Positions 16,422 through 26,685 are shown, counted from the stretch's first letter. The stretch is 64,000 nt of DNA from Leptospiraceae bacterium (GCA_040217195.1 JAVJNR010000004.1:608001-672000), one strand, 5' to 3'. Made by a program: numbers and translations. Notes: generated by a model not told the origin, from the sequence alone.

Positions 16422-18800
16422 TCAGTCAGCTACAAATAGTAGGGTCCCATTGGTAAATTCCCCTGGTTCCAATTCTCGCAGCTGAATGTACCGACTGTTC
16501 TGAGAACGAACAAATTGAAATCCGGATGCATTTTGAATCAGACTGCCGGCTGGAGCATTCAGGACAAACTTCCTGGTCCGATCTCCATTCAATGTGGCCT
16601 GCACTCCATTGCCAGTTTCCTGTAGACGAAGCTTGTACTCTATGAGTTTTTCACCGCGCCAATCCACGGCTGAATACGTTTTGTGTTTCAACCAGGGACT
16701 TTCATCATCAAGACCAAACCATCGCTCTTTTTTGGGCTCTGGATTTAGAAAAGCCACCACAGGTTCGGATGCAGGCGAAACAGAGGGTCCTGACTTTGCA
16801 ACAATTCGAATACTATAAGCGCCGGGTTCATCCAGTAGAAAATCCTGGGATAGTAGCGCTGCACCGGACGTTATAGTCTTCTTCGTTTGATATTCCTTTC
16901 CTGGCAATTGCGCTATTAGAATTTCATAGGATGTGGCATCGCTCTGGGCTTTCCATTTCAAGTTAACCTTTCCTTGATCGGAAGCATGAGCGCCCAGAAT
17001 TTCCGGAGCCTTCAGTTCCTTTATGGATCTCTCTGCTGTAAGAGAAACCGATGTTCGGCCATAAACCAGAGGACTGGTGGGCCCACTGCCAGCCTCATTG
17101 ATGGCAACAATTCGATAGCCATACCATTGACCGGGCCTCAAGGAGTTGGTGTCTTGAAACGCTGCATCTTTTGTGCGAAAAGGGCCTTCCCATTTCTGGC
17201 TGGATGGATCATAACGGTAGATCAAGTATTCCTGAACTCCGGGAGATTCATCCCATTGAAGTTTTATCTTTCCCTGGAGGCTTCCGCGACTAACCTGAAC
17301 ACCGGTTACCATGGCCGGCGGCAAATTCTCATCTGCAGCTGTAAGTACGAGAGGACGACTCCACATTCCTTTTATATTTGTATCTACTTTACGAATACGA
17401 TATGTATACCGGGCCCCTGGAGATACCCGATAGTCTTTAAATTCTTGCTCCCGGCTTGTGCCCAGCGATTGCCAGGTGGCCGACGTTTCATTCCATCTTT
17501 GAATCTCAAAGGCTGCCGCAGAAGACTGCCAGCTCAAATGGGCATAGATCTGGGTGCCTTTTTGAATCATCTTACCGCCCAGGATTTCGATTCGAGTAGA
17601 CGGATCCGGATTTCTGGAGGCAAACCCCTGGACCACCGGCGCATTCTCCTGGGGAGTGCGGCCCTTTTCATCCATACTCAAAACTCGATAGGCATAGGGA
17701 CGGCCCGGATCTACACTTGCATCCCGGAACAGAGTACTTGTTGAATACCCCACAGTCTGAAACTTCAGCGAATCATCATGGGGGGCCCGCTGAATCTCAT
17801 AGGCCAGGGCAGACGGTACAGGGCTCCAGGAAATTTCCACATGCCGAGCAGACTCTCCACGGGAGGCAAGAATCTGCTCCGGCGCCGGCAGATTTCCAGG
17901 AACATCGCCCGAATCTGGCGGAGCGCTATCCTCAATGATAAGTGCTGTGCGAATCAGCTGACTCATGGCATCGTAAGATATCCAGCCATAGCCGTCGGCG
18001 CCCCATTGCCGGCTCCAGGAATTCATTATCTTGAAGGCACCATTTTCGCGATCATCATCGTAGCCCACGATGACTACAGAATGACCGCCCATAAAGGCAC
18101 CATCCGGGCCTGCATATACTCCATCCTTCAGATCCAGAAGGTTTTCATAGAGAAGGATACCCACCATCACTGGATGGCCGGCTGCGATCTGGCGTTTGAT
18201 TCCATCCGGTGCATGGCTGGATAGAACTCTGTATCCTTCAATTCGAAACTTACCTGCAATTGGATGCAGCCGGGCAGACGGTCGGATGCCTGTCTGGCCC
18301 GGTTCGTAAGGCATTTCGCTCCAGGGAACCGCCCCTTTTCGCAGAAGTACGTCCAGAGCCTCCGGAAACGTGGCCCCTTTTGCACCGGATTGAAGCAGAG
18401 CTTCGCTATAGGCCGGTGAAAATACATGATGGCCGGGCCCCCCGCTAAAAGGACTGTCAAAGCCCCAGCCTCGGTGCAGATTTTCGTAGTACGATTTTAC
18501 TGCATAAACAGCAGCCCAGGAAATACAACTGGCCTGGTCTCCCTGATAGCCCACGGGCGGCATCTGCGAAGAAAGATCAATTTCTGAAGGTAGAGGTGCA
18601 GGCTGCATCTGTCCCGGTAGATCCGCACCCGGTATTGCAGAAAGCTGCTTCCAACCAGCCTGGCGATAACCGCAGTTCTTACATGGATCTGCGACCAGAG
18701 ATCCAAAGGATGGAAGGATCAGTAAGAAAGTCAGCCCGGCGGATTGCCAGGCTTTCCCGCTCCATAGGCGGTTTTCTCTTTCAGTTGCATGGTATTTCAT
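16422..18800 (-). CDS. Secreted C1 (papain-like) cysteine peptidase with fibronectin type III repeats
   Basis: QGDQASCISWA (Gln/Cys), GGHSVVIVGY (His), NSWSRQWG (Asn); FN3 repeats (ISWSPV, LQWDESPG, LKWKAQ). Confidence 0.9.
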   Translation of the reverse strand: MKYHATERENRLWSGKAWQSAGLTFLLILPSFGSLVADPCKNCGYRQAGWKQLSAIPGADLPGQMQPAPLPSEIDLSSQMPPVGYQGDQASCISWAAVYAVKSYYENLHRGWGFDSPFSGGPGHHVFSPAYSEALLQSGAKGATFPEALDVLLRKGAVPWSEMPYEPGQTGIRPSARLHPIAGKFRIEGYRVLSSHAPDGIKRQIAAGHPVMVGILLYENLLDLKDGVYAGPDGAFMGGHSVVIVGYDDDRENGAFKIMNSWSRQWGADGYGWISYDAMSQLIRTALIIEDSAPPDSGDVPGNLPAPEQILASRGESARHVEISWSPVPSALAYEIQRAPHDDSLKFQTVGYSTSTLFRDASVDPGRPYAYRVLSMDEKGRTPQENAPVVQGFASRNPDPSTRIEILGGKMIQKGTQIYAHLSWQSSAAAFEIQRWNETSATWQSLGTSREQEFKDYRVSPGARYTYRIRKVDTNIKGMWSRPLVLTAADENLPPAMVTGVQVSRGSLQGKIKLQWDESPGVQEYLIYRYDPSSQKWEGPFRTKDAAFQDTNSLRPGQWYGYRIVAINEAGSGPTSPLVYGRTSVSLTAERSIKELKAPEILGAHASDQGKVNLKWKAQSDATSYEILIAQLPGKEYQTKKTITSGAALLSQDFLLDEPGAYSIRIVAKSGPSVSPASEPVVAFLNPEPKKERWFGLDDESPWLKHKTYSAVDWRGEKLIEYKLRLQETGNGVQATLNGDRTRKFVLNAPAGSLIQNASGFQFVRSQNSRYIQLRELEPGEFTNGTLLFVAD

Positions 18801-18806
18801 AGATTA

Positions 18807-21344
18807 TCAGTCGGATCGTGCGATACTAATGCTGCGACCGGATAGTCCTGGTACAGACTCATCGCTTTCTATAAGTAGAAAATCTTCCGAGTCAGCCAGC
18901 ACTCGCAATTTGCCGGCCTCCAGCACATCACTTTTTGCTGCATATAGGCCAGAATAGTTGCTGGAACGACCATCTACGGACAGAGTGATTGTGAAGCGAT
19001 CCTGCTCGGATTGAATCTTGACCTCAACCGCACGCATCTTTCCATCAAAAAATTCCCCTTTCCAGGTCCCTGTAAATCGTTCCAGGCCTGTGCCTGGAAG
19101 AAATCGATGCCTTTTCTGCACAGGTTCGGGGTTGCGAAAGGCGGTCACTGGCCTGGAGTTTTCTGATTCAGACCCCAGCTGAGCTTTGGTTCGAATCACA
19201 TAGAAGAACAGATCCCCGGCTTCTCCAGGTATCTTCTCGGAATAGCCAGTTTTATTTCCAGGAACCGCTGCCACAAATTCATAGTCGGCGCTGGAAACCA
19301 TTGAAGCCAGGCCTCGGCCACGGGTCTGCGCCCTGAAAACATAGTACTCGGCGGCTCCTTCGACAGCATCCCACTGGATGCTCACATTCTCACCTTTCAG
19401 ATTAGATTTAACATTCTCTGGTGGAGGCAGAACCAGCCCGGCTCTTTTTGCATTTGGATTGGCCCTGCCCAGAGCAGGATGGCTATACCCACTGTTTCCG
19501 GCCTGATTCGCTGCGACTACAACGTAAGCAAACCATCGACCGGATCGGACGCTGGAGTCACGATCAATAAAAGTGGTACCGGTAACCTTTTGAGGACCCT
19601 CCCAGACCTTGCGGCCGTAGTCGTACCTAAAAATGGCATAGGCGGTAGCACCAGGTACACCGTTCCATTCCACTTCAATACGATCATTGTATATACCTTT
19701 GGAGGCCTCTATAGAACCGGGCTTTTCTGGCTTTGTAGTTCTACCCGGCAGATTCACCTGCACTGGTTCGGACCAATCTCCTGCACCCTTGCTATTGATA
19801 GCTCGCACAGCATAGGCCGTTACCTGATTGTTTCCAGGGTTGGCATCGTTGTAAGATGGACTGGTGGACGTACCCAACACCGCCCAGGAATCGTTGGAGG
19901 CATTGTACCTTGCAATTTGATAACGACTGGCTCCGGACACAGCATTCCAGTTCAACGATACACTTACGCCGGCCACTGCGCGAAGGCTAGCACGAAGACC
20001 ACTTACCTGTTGCGGAGTCGTTGTTCCGCCCTGCTGAGCGTATCCTTCAACAATAGTTGATCTTTCCGGGTCTGAATAGTTTTCTTCCGAGGCAACGGCT
20101 ACAACAAGATATTTATAGGCGACGTTGGCCTGAACCGTGCGATCTGCATGTACTGTAGATTCTGCATAGGCAATCTGTTCGAATCCAGTCCCTCCTGGAT
20201 CGGCGCGAAATACGATGTATACTACGGCTCCGGACACAGCAGACCAACTAATTTCCACACGATCGCTGTAAGTACCCCGGCTGGCTGTTACATTCGATGG
20301 CGGCTCAATCTTTTCAGATTCTTCAGGACCGGGGTTGGGTCCAGGTGTAGGTCCCGGACCGGGCTCGGATTCCTGAATATCATACATTACCAGAATATAG
20401 GGATTTAGCTTTCTCCACATAGAATAGGAGATCCAACCGTAACCACTGGTTCCCCAGGAAGTGCCCCAGGAGTTGATCAGTTTAAATGCTCCTACATCAC
20501 CGTTGGGAGAACGTTTGCTATCATCGTAGCCTACAAGGGTCATTGCATGTCCGCCGTAGTTCTGACCGGCTTTTCGATCATAGACCTGTCCGGACCGCAG
20601 ATTGTAAAATGCATCGTCTACAGGAATTCCAAATACCACTGGATTTCCGCTTGCAAGTTCAGCCTTTACGGCGTCCAGATTATTCGCTGGAATTCGCTTG
20701 AAGGACCGGGCTTTGAAACTTCCTGCCTGCTGGCGAGCGCCCGAGTTGGGTTGTCTGCGGAAATCATTTGGATTGTAAGGCATGGCCGCCCAGGGAGCAA
20801 TTCCCTGCTGTACAGCCAGCTGCATGGCATCATCCAGAACGGAACCATCGTCGCGACCACCGTTGATTTGATTATATACGTAAGCAGGTGAAAAAACTCG
20901 CTGGCCGGAGCCCCCGCTCATGGGTGAGTCATATTGCCAGTTTCTTTCAATTCGTTCCTGGTAACTTTTAGCTGCATAAGCTACGGCCCATGCTACACAA
21001 CTTCCCTGTTGCCCCTGATTTCCCACCGGAGGCATTCGAGAACTAAGATCCACGCTGGAAGGAAGACCGCGATGCCGGATCTGGGTGGTTGGAGCCAGCT
21101 CCACAGATCGCATGGCTGCAGGAGACGTCGGGTTGAATCCGCAATCCATTTCTTTCCCATCGCAACCTCGTGGGCGCACAGAGGAGGGATCAAAATCGCC
21201 TTCAGCCGGTAATCCTGTTCCCAGAAGTACCAGTGTAATGATCGCTATCCAGAAAGACCAGTTTCTGTAGGTGCCTGAAGGCTTACTGCTGAACCAGCCT
21301 GAAGTATTCCTGGTTTTTCGCAAAGACTTATCCTGCTTTTTCAT
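18807..21344 (-). CDS. Secreted C1 (papain-like) cysteine peptidase with fibronectin type III repeats
   Basis: QGQQGSCVAWA, GGHAMTLVGY, NSWGTSWG; PG-rich linker; four FN3-like repeats. Start placed at ATG 21344. Confidence 0.92.
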   Translation of the reverse strand: MKKQDKSLRKTRNTSGWFSSKPSGTYRNWSFWIAIITLVLLGTGLPAEGDFDPSSVRPRGCDGKEMDCGFNPTSPAAMRSVELAPTTQIRHRGLPSSVDLSSRMPPVGNQGQQGSCVAWAVAYAAKSYQERIERNWQYDSPMSGGSGQRVFSPAYVYNQINGGRDDGSVLDDAMQLAVQQGIAPWAAMPYNPNDFRRQPNSGARQQAGSFKARSFKRIPANNLDAVKAELASGNPVVFGIPVDDAFYNLRSGQVYDRKAGQNYGGHAMTLVGYDDSKRSPNGDVGAFKLINSWGTSWGTSGYGWISYSMWRKLNPYILVMYDIQESEPGPGPTPGPNPGPEESEKIEPPSNVTASRGTYSDRVEISWSAVSGAVVYIVFRADPGGTGFEQIAYAESTVHADRTVQANVAYKYLVVAVASEENYSDPERSTIVEGYAQQGGTTTPQQVSGLRASLRAVAGVSVSLNWNAVSGASRYQIARYNASNDSWAVLGTSTSPSYNDANPGNNQVTAYAVRAINSKGAGDWSEPVQVNLPGRTTKPEKPGSIEASKGIYNDRIEVEWNGVPGATAYAIFRYDYGRKVWEGPQKVTGTTFIDRDSSVRSGRWFAYVVVAANQAGNSGYSHPALGRANPNAKRAGLVLPPPENVKSNLKGENVSIQWDAVEGAAEYYVFRAQTRGRGLASMVSSADYEFVAAVPGNKTGYSEKIPGEAGDLFFYVIRTKAQLGSESENSRPVTAFRNPEPVQKRHRFLPGTGLERFTGTWKGEFFDGKMRAVEVKIQSEQDRFTITLSVDGRSSNYSGLYAAKSDVLEAGKLRVLADSEDFLLIESDESVPGLSGRSISIARSD

Positions 21345-21427
21345 TTTGCGCTCCCCAATTCCAGCACGGAATCCTTTGGTTATGAGACGACAGTAATAGG
21401 GGGGAGGTTTCCCATTGCGCAACCGTT

Positions 21428-21874
21428 TTATGGTAGATTGCGAATTTCTTCGCTTAGTTTCTCATCAAATGGATGAAATGCGAATGCTTCCGGGGAATAA
21501 AGCACTGGAATGATGAAGCTACGGTTATCCACAGTCTGCTCTTTGAGGCGCAGAAAGATAATCCAATGACCCGGTCCTGGAGCTTCTCGCAATCCGGATT
21601 CGTACGAGCCAGGGGTGATCAGGAAATTCAGGGAAGTTAGCTTCTTTGCCTTGAAATTGGCCGGGGATTTCAAAGTGCCCTGTACTGTAATACTAAGTTG
21701 TATAGCGCTAACTACACTGTTCAGCGCCGTTTGCTGCTGAGCTGTGATCACAGCATGAATGACCACATCGCTATTTCGGGCTCGATCCAGAGGCGATTCC
21801 ATTGGAGGCAAAGCCTGTGAAATCCCTGGAAGTAGAAAAAGTAGCAGAGCAGCACACTGTAGTGGGATTCTCAT
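21428..21874 (-). CDS. Hypothetical secreted protein
   Basis: Signal peptide MRIPLQCAALLLFLLPGISQA; 4-bp overlap with the upstream ORF; co-oriented with the proteases. Confidence 0.7.
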   Translation of the reverse strand: MRIPLQCAALLLFLLPGISQALPPMESPLDRARNSDVVIHAVITAQQQTALNSVVSAIQLSITVQGTLKSPANFKAKKLTSLNFLITPGSYESGLREAPGPGHWIIFLRLKEQTVDNRSFIIPVLYSPEAFAFHPFDEKLSEEIRNLP

Positions 21875-22125
21875 GAGTCCGCAGAATCCGTGGTCTGAAA
21901 AACGTAATCGCTGAACTGTTTTAGAAGTTCCTGGGAGCCTGTGAACAGCACTTCCACCTGATCCTTTTCCAGGTCATATAGCACCGGAGTTTTTAAAGAA
22001 CTGGCAAACGCTTCCTTGGAAAGGGTGCCGGCTTTATCTTTTAAGAATGAATACCAGGTTGCCAGTACAATCTTCAGCTGGGCCAGATCCTTGATAGGCA
22101 TGGAGATTAGTTTTTCGTTTTCCAT
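21871..22125 (-). CDS. Small hypothetical protein
   Basis: 84 aa, protein-like composition, coupled to the next gene by an ATGA overlap. Confidence 0.65.
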   Translation of the reverse strand: MENEKLISMPIKDLAQLKIVLATWYSFLKDKAGTLSKEAFASSLKTPVLYDLEKDQVEVLFTGSQELLKQFSDYVFQTTDSADS

Positions 22126-22246
22126 TGGGAAGTGCTTAACACAGGGAAGGTCAGTTACAAGCGAAAATTGATAGTTCTATTCAAAATGCGCTGCACGATA
22201 AAATGTCCATAGTTTCATGCCATGCAACATACTGAATGGGCCTGTT

Positions 22247-23083
22247 TCAGAAACGGAATCCAAAAGATACAAATAGTCCCAGACTGCCAAACGTTACCCT
22301 GGTCCTTTCTCGGATGGCCGAATTGGTGAATACATTTGTGCTGGCTTCCGCAAGCCTCTGGTTGATGGTAGCCAGGTCTGCAATATCTGGAAGCAGTGCG
22401 ATACTTCCATCGCCCAGAGTATAGTAATCAGCCCCGGAGTCCCTTAGATTTCCTCGGAAATCTCCCAGCAATGCATAGTCCCATCGCAGCCCTATTCGAA
22501 AAACGGAAAACTGGTAGGGACGGCTAAGAGCAAATTCCAGACGAGCCATGGTTCCGCTTCGGGCCCTGTGGGTAGCAGAATAGTCCCTCAATTCAAATCC
22601 GGTACGCTGCACTCCGCGAACCCTCCATACGGCTGTGGGGATAAGGCCGAATCCACCCCCTGCTTCCCAGCGCCAACCTCGAAGAAATTGACTCATTGGA
22701 CGTACATAGTGATAGCCCAGGAGAAAATAGGTGAGATTGAAGTCCATGCTGGAAACCAGAAATCGCCCGGAGCTTTCTACATGCTGAACTGAGAAGGAAG
22801 GCATGGAGTAGGAACCGATGGTAATCCCTGTGTAATGTTCCGGACCTATGAAATCGTTGAATCGAAAAAAGAACTCCGTCTGATACATTCGGTCCATGGG
22901 TTCCGCTTCGCTGTATCTTACTGGCTCAATAAAAATGGATGTGCGGAATTTCTGAATTCCTCGGCTGAAAGAATCTTCGAATCTCTCATGAGCTGAAAAT
23001 TGAAGCCCCAGTTCGAAGCTCTGGGCCGAGATCGGAGAAGGCCAGGCGAAGAGACAAAGGAAATAGACAACAAAGCCAACCAA
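22247..23083 (-). CDS. Putative outer-membrane beta-barrel protein
   Basis: Signal-like LVGFVVYFLCLFAWPSPISA-Q, alternating beta-strands and terminal ...LFVSFGFRF. Start uncertain (TTG 23083 chosen to avoid overlap with the gene at 23106). Confidence 0.65.
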   Translation of the reverse strand: MVGFVVYFLCLFAWPSPISAQSFELGLQFSAHERFEDSFSRGIQKFRTSIFIEPVRYSEAEPMDRMYQTEFFFRFNDFIGPEHYTGITIGSYSMPSFSVQHVESSGRFLVSSMDFNLTYFLLGYHYVRPMSQFLRGWRWEAGGGFGLIPTAVWRVRGVQRTGFELRDYSATHRARSGTMARLEFALSRPYQFSVFRIGLRWDYALLGDFRGNLRDSGADYYTLGDGSIALLPDIADLATINQRLAEASTNVFTNSAIRERTRVTFGSLGLFVSFGFRF

Positions 23084-23105
23084 CGCTGTTCTGACCGGAA
23101 GCGTT

Positions 23106-25370
23106 ATGGTTTTAGAAGTATTAAGTGTTCTTGCAGACAATCTATCTCTGGTACTGGCGGGCATGTTAGCTCTGGCCGGCATTGTGCTAACCATATATCT
23201 GAAATTACCGCAGCTAAGATACCCATTTTTGAGCCTGAAATTGATTCTGGGAACGCTGGATTGGTCCGGCTCCCGGGGAAAAATTACACCCGGTCGATCG
23301 TTTGCAACAAGCTCATTGAGCGCCATGGTACCCGGTGCATTTCTGGGAACTCTGCTCGCTGTGTTAATTGCAGGGCCAGGAATTTTATTCTGGATTTGGA
23401 TTGTATCTTTCTTCTTATCGCCTATCCATTTTGTTCTTTCTACGGCTGCACATCGAAGCCGAAAACGCACAGCTTCAGGATCCATGGTAGGTTCCAGCTC
23501 TGAGGCAGTCGCTCAAATCACACGGGCCCGATGGCTATCCATTCTTGCGGCAACCTTCTTTATTCCAGCCGCATTGATTGGCGGGGCAGCCCTGCCTGTT
23601 GCTTTTCTATCAGGAGGCCTGTCTGGAACCTTTGGCCTCAGCGGAAGCGATACCAGCTTGCTGCCGGGCCCTACAGCAGTGGCCATAGCGCTGGCATTGG
23701 GACTGGTGGCATTGTCTGCAGGTGGAATCAAGCGAATCGGCTTTTTTGCCAAGTTCGCCTTCTACGGAGGTCTTGCGCTCATCCTGCTGTCTCTTATTCT
23801 GGGCCCTTTTCCGGATGTATCAGGAATTCTGGACGATGTAGTGGCTGCTTTCCAGGATTCATTCTCCATGCAGGCCCTGCCCTCTATGTTACTGGCCATG
23901 ACCGTCTATTTTGCATTCACAGAGGTTGGTTCCGGAAAGGCAGCTTCCATTTCTGCAGCGATTCGCACCGATTACCCGGCCAAGGCCGGTCTTTCCATGC
24001 AGCTAACCTTGCTTCTGGAATCCGGCATATCTGCAGTGGTACTACTTCTTCTGGGTAGCATCTCCGGGGCCGGCCAGCTCTATGAGTGGTATCTTACTTC
24101 TGGAGGACCATCCCGATCCCTGGTACAAATCTTCGATCCTTCCCTGTATGACCTATTCCGAGCTTTCTTTTTCAGGGCACCGGATTCCAACGTTTCTGGA
24201 ATCCTAATGTTTGGAGCCTGCCTACTATTGATTGTTCCAGGTATGACCGGATGGTGGTATTCTCTATATAATAATGCTTATTCCATGGGTGGCCGGGCCG
24301 CTTCGGTGGCGGCCAGTTTGCTCTTTTTTGCAGTCATAGTAGGTACAGGCCTGGCCCTTCAATTCCTGGGCAACGAAGTATTCACAGGATTGCTGCTATT
24401 GACTGTGGTTGTGATGATGGTAGCCAGCCTTTCAGGTACGATTGCATCTTTGCTTTTGATGCGTTCCAGTCGAAACGAGCTGGGATTTTTTCTGGAGTCC
24501 AGAGAAGCGAAAGCTGCCATTGCCGGAGATTTCTTTCTGATTCTAATTTCCGTACTACCTCAGAACCTGATCAGCAAGATGTTCGGATGGTTCAGCCTCA
24601 TACCTTTTCCGGGCCCCATTCGACGTCCACTGATTAGAACCTTCGCACGAATCTACAAGATCAATCTGGAGGAAGCAGAAAAGCCGCCGGAAGAGTACCC
24701 TTCTTTGAATGCATTCTTCATTCGCCGTCTGAAAGAAGGCCTGCGCCCCATAGACTCGGATCCACGAAGTATTGTAAGCCCGGTGGATGCGCGGGCTTCT
24801 CGTTTCGGTAATATCACGGAAGGATTGCTCATCCAGACCAAAGGTATTGTTTACACTCTTAAGGACTTACTGGGAAGTCAGGAGATGGCCGAGCCATACC
24901 TGGATGGAAAGTATGTCGTGCTTTATTTGAGCCCACAGGACTACCATCGAATGCATACTCCCATTGAATGCAAGGTGGAAGGTTTCAACTACGCCCCTGG
25001 TAAATTGTTTCCCGTGAACGATATTGCTGTAGAAGGATTGCACGGACTGTTTCCCAAGAATGAAAGGCTTACCTCATTTCTGCTTTCTCCCAGAGGGCGA
25101 ATCGCAATGATCAAGGTAGGGGCCACAAATGTAGGCAAGATTCGAGTTACCTACGATTCCATTCGCACCAACAAATTCTTTCGCAGGAAGAGAGATATTA
25201 AATATACTCCTCCTGTAGAGATGGCTAAAGGGGCAGAGATTGGTCGATTTGAGATGGGATCCACCGTCATTCTTTTATTCGAAAAGGATACAATGGAATT
25301 CGCCGAGCATATGTATGAGGGAATCAGGGTTCAGCTGGGTCAGCCTATTGCTTACTTCCTGCGTAAGTAG
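23106..25370 (+). CDS. psd: Fusion: alanine/glycine:cation symporter (AGCS/AlsT-like) N-terminal domain + phosphatidylserine decarboxylase
   Basis: N-terminal about 480 aa multi-TM with GPGILFWIW, GGIKRIG and TEVGSGKA...AAIRTDYPAKAG (AGCS-like). C-terminal YPSLNAFFIRRLK, SPVD, YLSPQDYHRMH, KNER, VGATNVG and FEMGSTV (self-cleavage/pyruvoyl motif). Confidence 0.9.
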   Translation: MVLEVLSVLADNLSLVLAGMLALAGIVLTIYLKLPQLRYPFLSLKLILGTLDWSGSRGKITPGRSFATSSLSAMVPGAFLGTLLAVLIAGPGILFWIWIVSFFLSPIHFVLSTAAHRSRKRTASGSMVGSSSEAVAQITRARWLSILAATFFIPAALIGGAALPVAFLSGGLSGTFGLSGSDTSLLPGPTAVAIALALGLVALSAGGIKRIGFFAKFAFYGGLALILLSLILGPFPDVSGILDDVVAAFQDSFSMQALPSMLLAMTVYFAFTEVGSGKAASISAAIRTDYPAKAGLSMQLTLLLESGISAVVLLLLGSISGAGQLYEWYLTSGGPSRSLVQIFDPSLYDLFRAFFFRAPDSNVSGILMFGACLLLIVPGMTGWWYSLYNNAYSMGGRAASVAASLLFFAVIVGTGLALQFLGNEVFTGLLLLTVVVMMVASLSGTIASLLLMRSSRNELGFFLESREAKAAIAGDFFLILISVLPQNLISKMFGWFSLIPFPGPIRRPLIRTFARIYKINLEEAEKPPEEYPSLNAFFIRRLKEGLRPIDSDPRSIVSPVDARASRFGNITEGLLIQTKGIVYTLKDLLGSQEMAEPYLDGKYVVLYLSPQDYHRMHTPIECKVEGFNYAPGKLFPVNDIAVEGLHGLFPKNERLTSFLLSPRGRIAMIKVGATNVGKIRVTYDSIRTNKFFRRKRDIKYTPPVEMAKGAEIGRFEMGSTVILLFEKDTMEFAEHMYEGIRVQLGQPIAYFLRK

Positions 25371-25575
25371 TTCGAACCGATTTAGCGATTTATATTTCTG
25401 GGCCGGGCTTCCGGGCTTCCGGACTATCGATCAAATAATAAACCGTTGAAACCAGTGTCCGAGAATTAATCCGGATAACCTGAATTTCAACGCCATCCAG
25501 ATGCAGGCCTGAAAGTTCGGCGATGGGAGTTTCTTCAGTAACTCAATCGGTAACTCAATTCGACGTAGTTCGCCA

Positions 25576-26256
25576 TTATTTCTCGGAGCTATTCGAATCC
25601 TGGTCCGAGCCTTTGGAGTCCTCCGAGTTTTCCTTCTGCGCATCGGTCCTGGAGTTCTTTTTATCTTCTCGCTCTATTCTTCTGCGCTTCTCATGGACTT
25701 GCGTCAGATGGTCGGTGATTTCCCGGAATCCTCTATAAAGACCAATGGAATAATGCCTCTTTTTGAGCTCAGGCAATATGGCTCGCCCCAGGACATCGGC
25801 GGAGACAGATTCAGGCAAATCTTCTTTCATTCCGCCGGAGGTCTGTATTCGAACCCTTTTTTCCTGTACCGCAAGCAGAATGAGCACCACTCTTGTTGGA
25901 GACGCTTCGGTGCCGGCCAGATCCCACTGGGCCAGGACCCTTTTTGCGAAATCTTCAGCATCGTTGCTCTTCAGAGAATCGATTGTTAAAAGAAGGACTC
26001 GATCTCCATATTCTTTCTCATGCTGAAAGGATATGTGCTCTAGAATTAGTTCCGAATCATGACTCAGTCTTCCGGCATAGTCATTGACTCGGCCCTTGTA
26101 CTCCGGAACCTCCCGGGAGCGAACATCCTCCTGTGCACTCAGTTCCAGTCCAGATAGCAACACCAGAAGAACCGATGCAACCATCCAGCGGCTCCAGCCC
26201 GGATTTCCCGGGTTCTGCTTCCTAAACAGCCCATTAACTTTCAATCCTGATGGCAT
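25576..26256 (-). CDS. TPM domain-containing protein
   Basis: GRVNDYAGRLS...LLTIDSL...QWDL...LILLAVQEKRVRIQTSGG; acidic tail. Start uncertain. Confidence 0.8.
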   Translation of the reverse strand: MPSGLKVNGLFRKQNPGNPGWSRWMVASVLLVLLSGLELSAQEDVRSREVPEYKGRVNDYAGRLSHDSELILEHISFQHEKEYGDRVLLLTIDSLKSNDAEDFAKRVLAQWDLAGTEASPTRVVLILLAVQEKRVRIQTSGGMKEDLPESVSADVLGRAILPELKKRHYSIGLYRGFREITDHLTQVHEKRRRIEREDKKNSRTDAQKENSEDSKGSDQDSNSSEK

Positions 26257-26463
26257 CCCCGTCCCTCGATCTACATTTTCGGAGAAGCAGGATCGATATT
26301 GTTGCATATAAGAGAGGAAAATTCGGCTCGCCAGCCGGCTTCCGGGCAAGCTATTCCAGAGGTTTACTAACACAACAGAAGCCTGACATCGGCAATCTCC
26401 GGGGCAACCCTTTTCGTGCTGCCTGCATTAAGGCCGCTCAGAGCCTGAAATATAGAGGTACAT

Positions 26464-26493
26464 AAAAAAAGAGCGCTTTTCAGCGCTCCTTTT
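26464..26493 (-). terminator. Terminator of the 5S rRNA transcript
   Basis: Minus strand GAGCGCT-gaaa-AGCGCTC followed by TTTTTTT. Confidence 0.85.
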
Positions 26494-26516
26494 CGGTTAA
26501 CAATGTAATAGTGCTG

Positions 26517-26633
<117 letters not shown>

Positions 26634-26638
26634 AGGAC

Positions 26639-26685
26639 AGAGTGCTCGGCCGGCCGGACCGGTCAATCAAAAATAGAAAAAAAGT
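26639..26685 (-). promoter_or_regulatory. Putative 5S rRNA promoter
   Basis: Minus strand T-rich UP-like tract TTTTTTTCTATTTTT, then TTGACC (26666-26661) and a weak -10 (CACTCT) just upstream of the 5S 5' end. Confidence 0.45.

Noticed and set aside
23084..23485. N-terminal 134 aa of ORF 22247-23485
   Set aside because: Overlaps the symporter-psd gene on the opposite strand and precedes the signal peptide; treated as a spurious extension.
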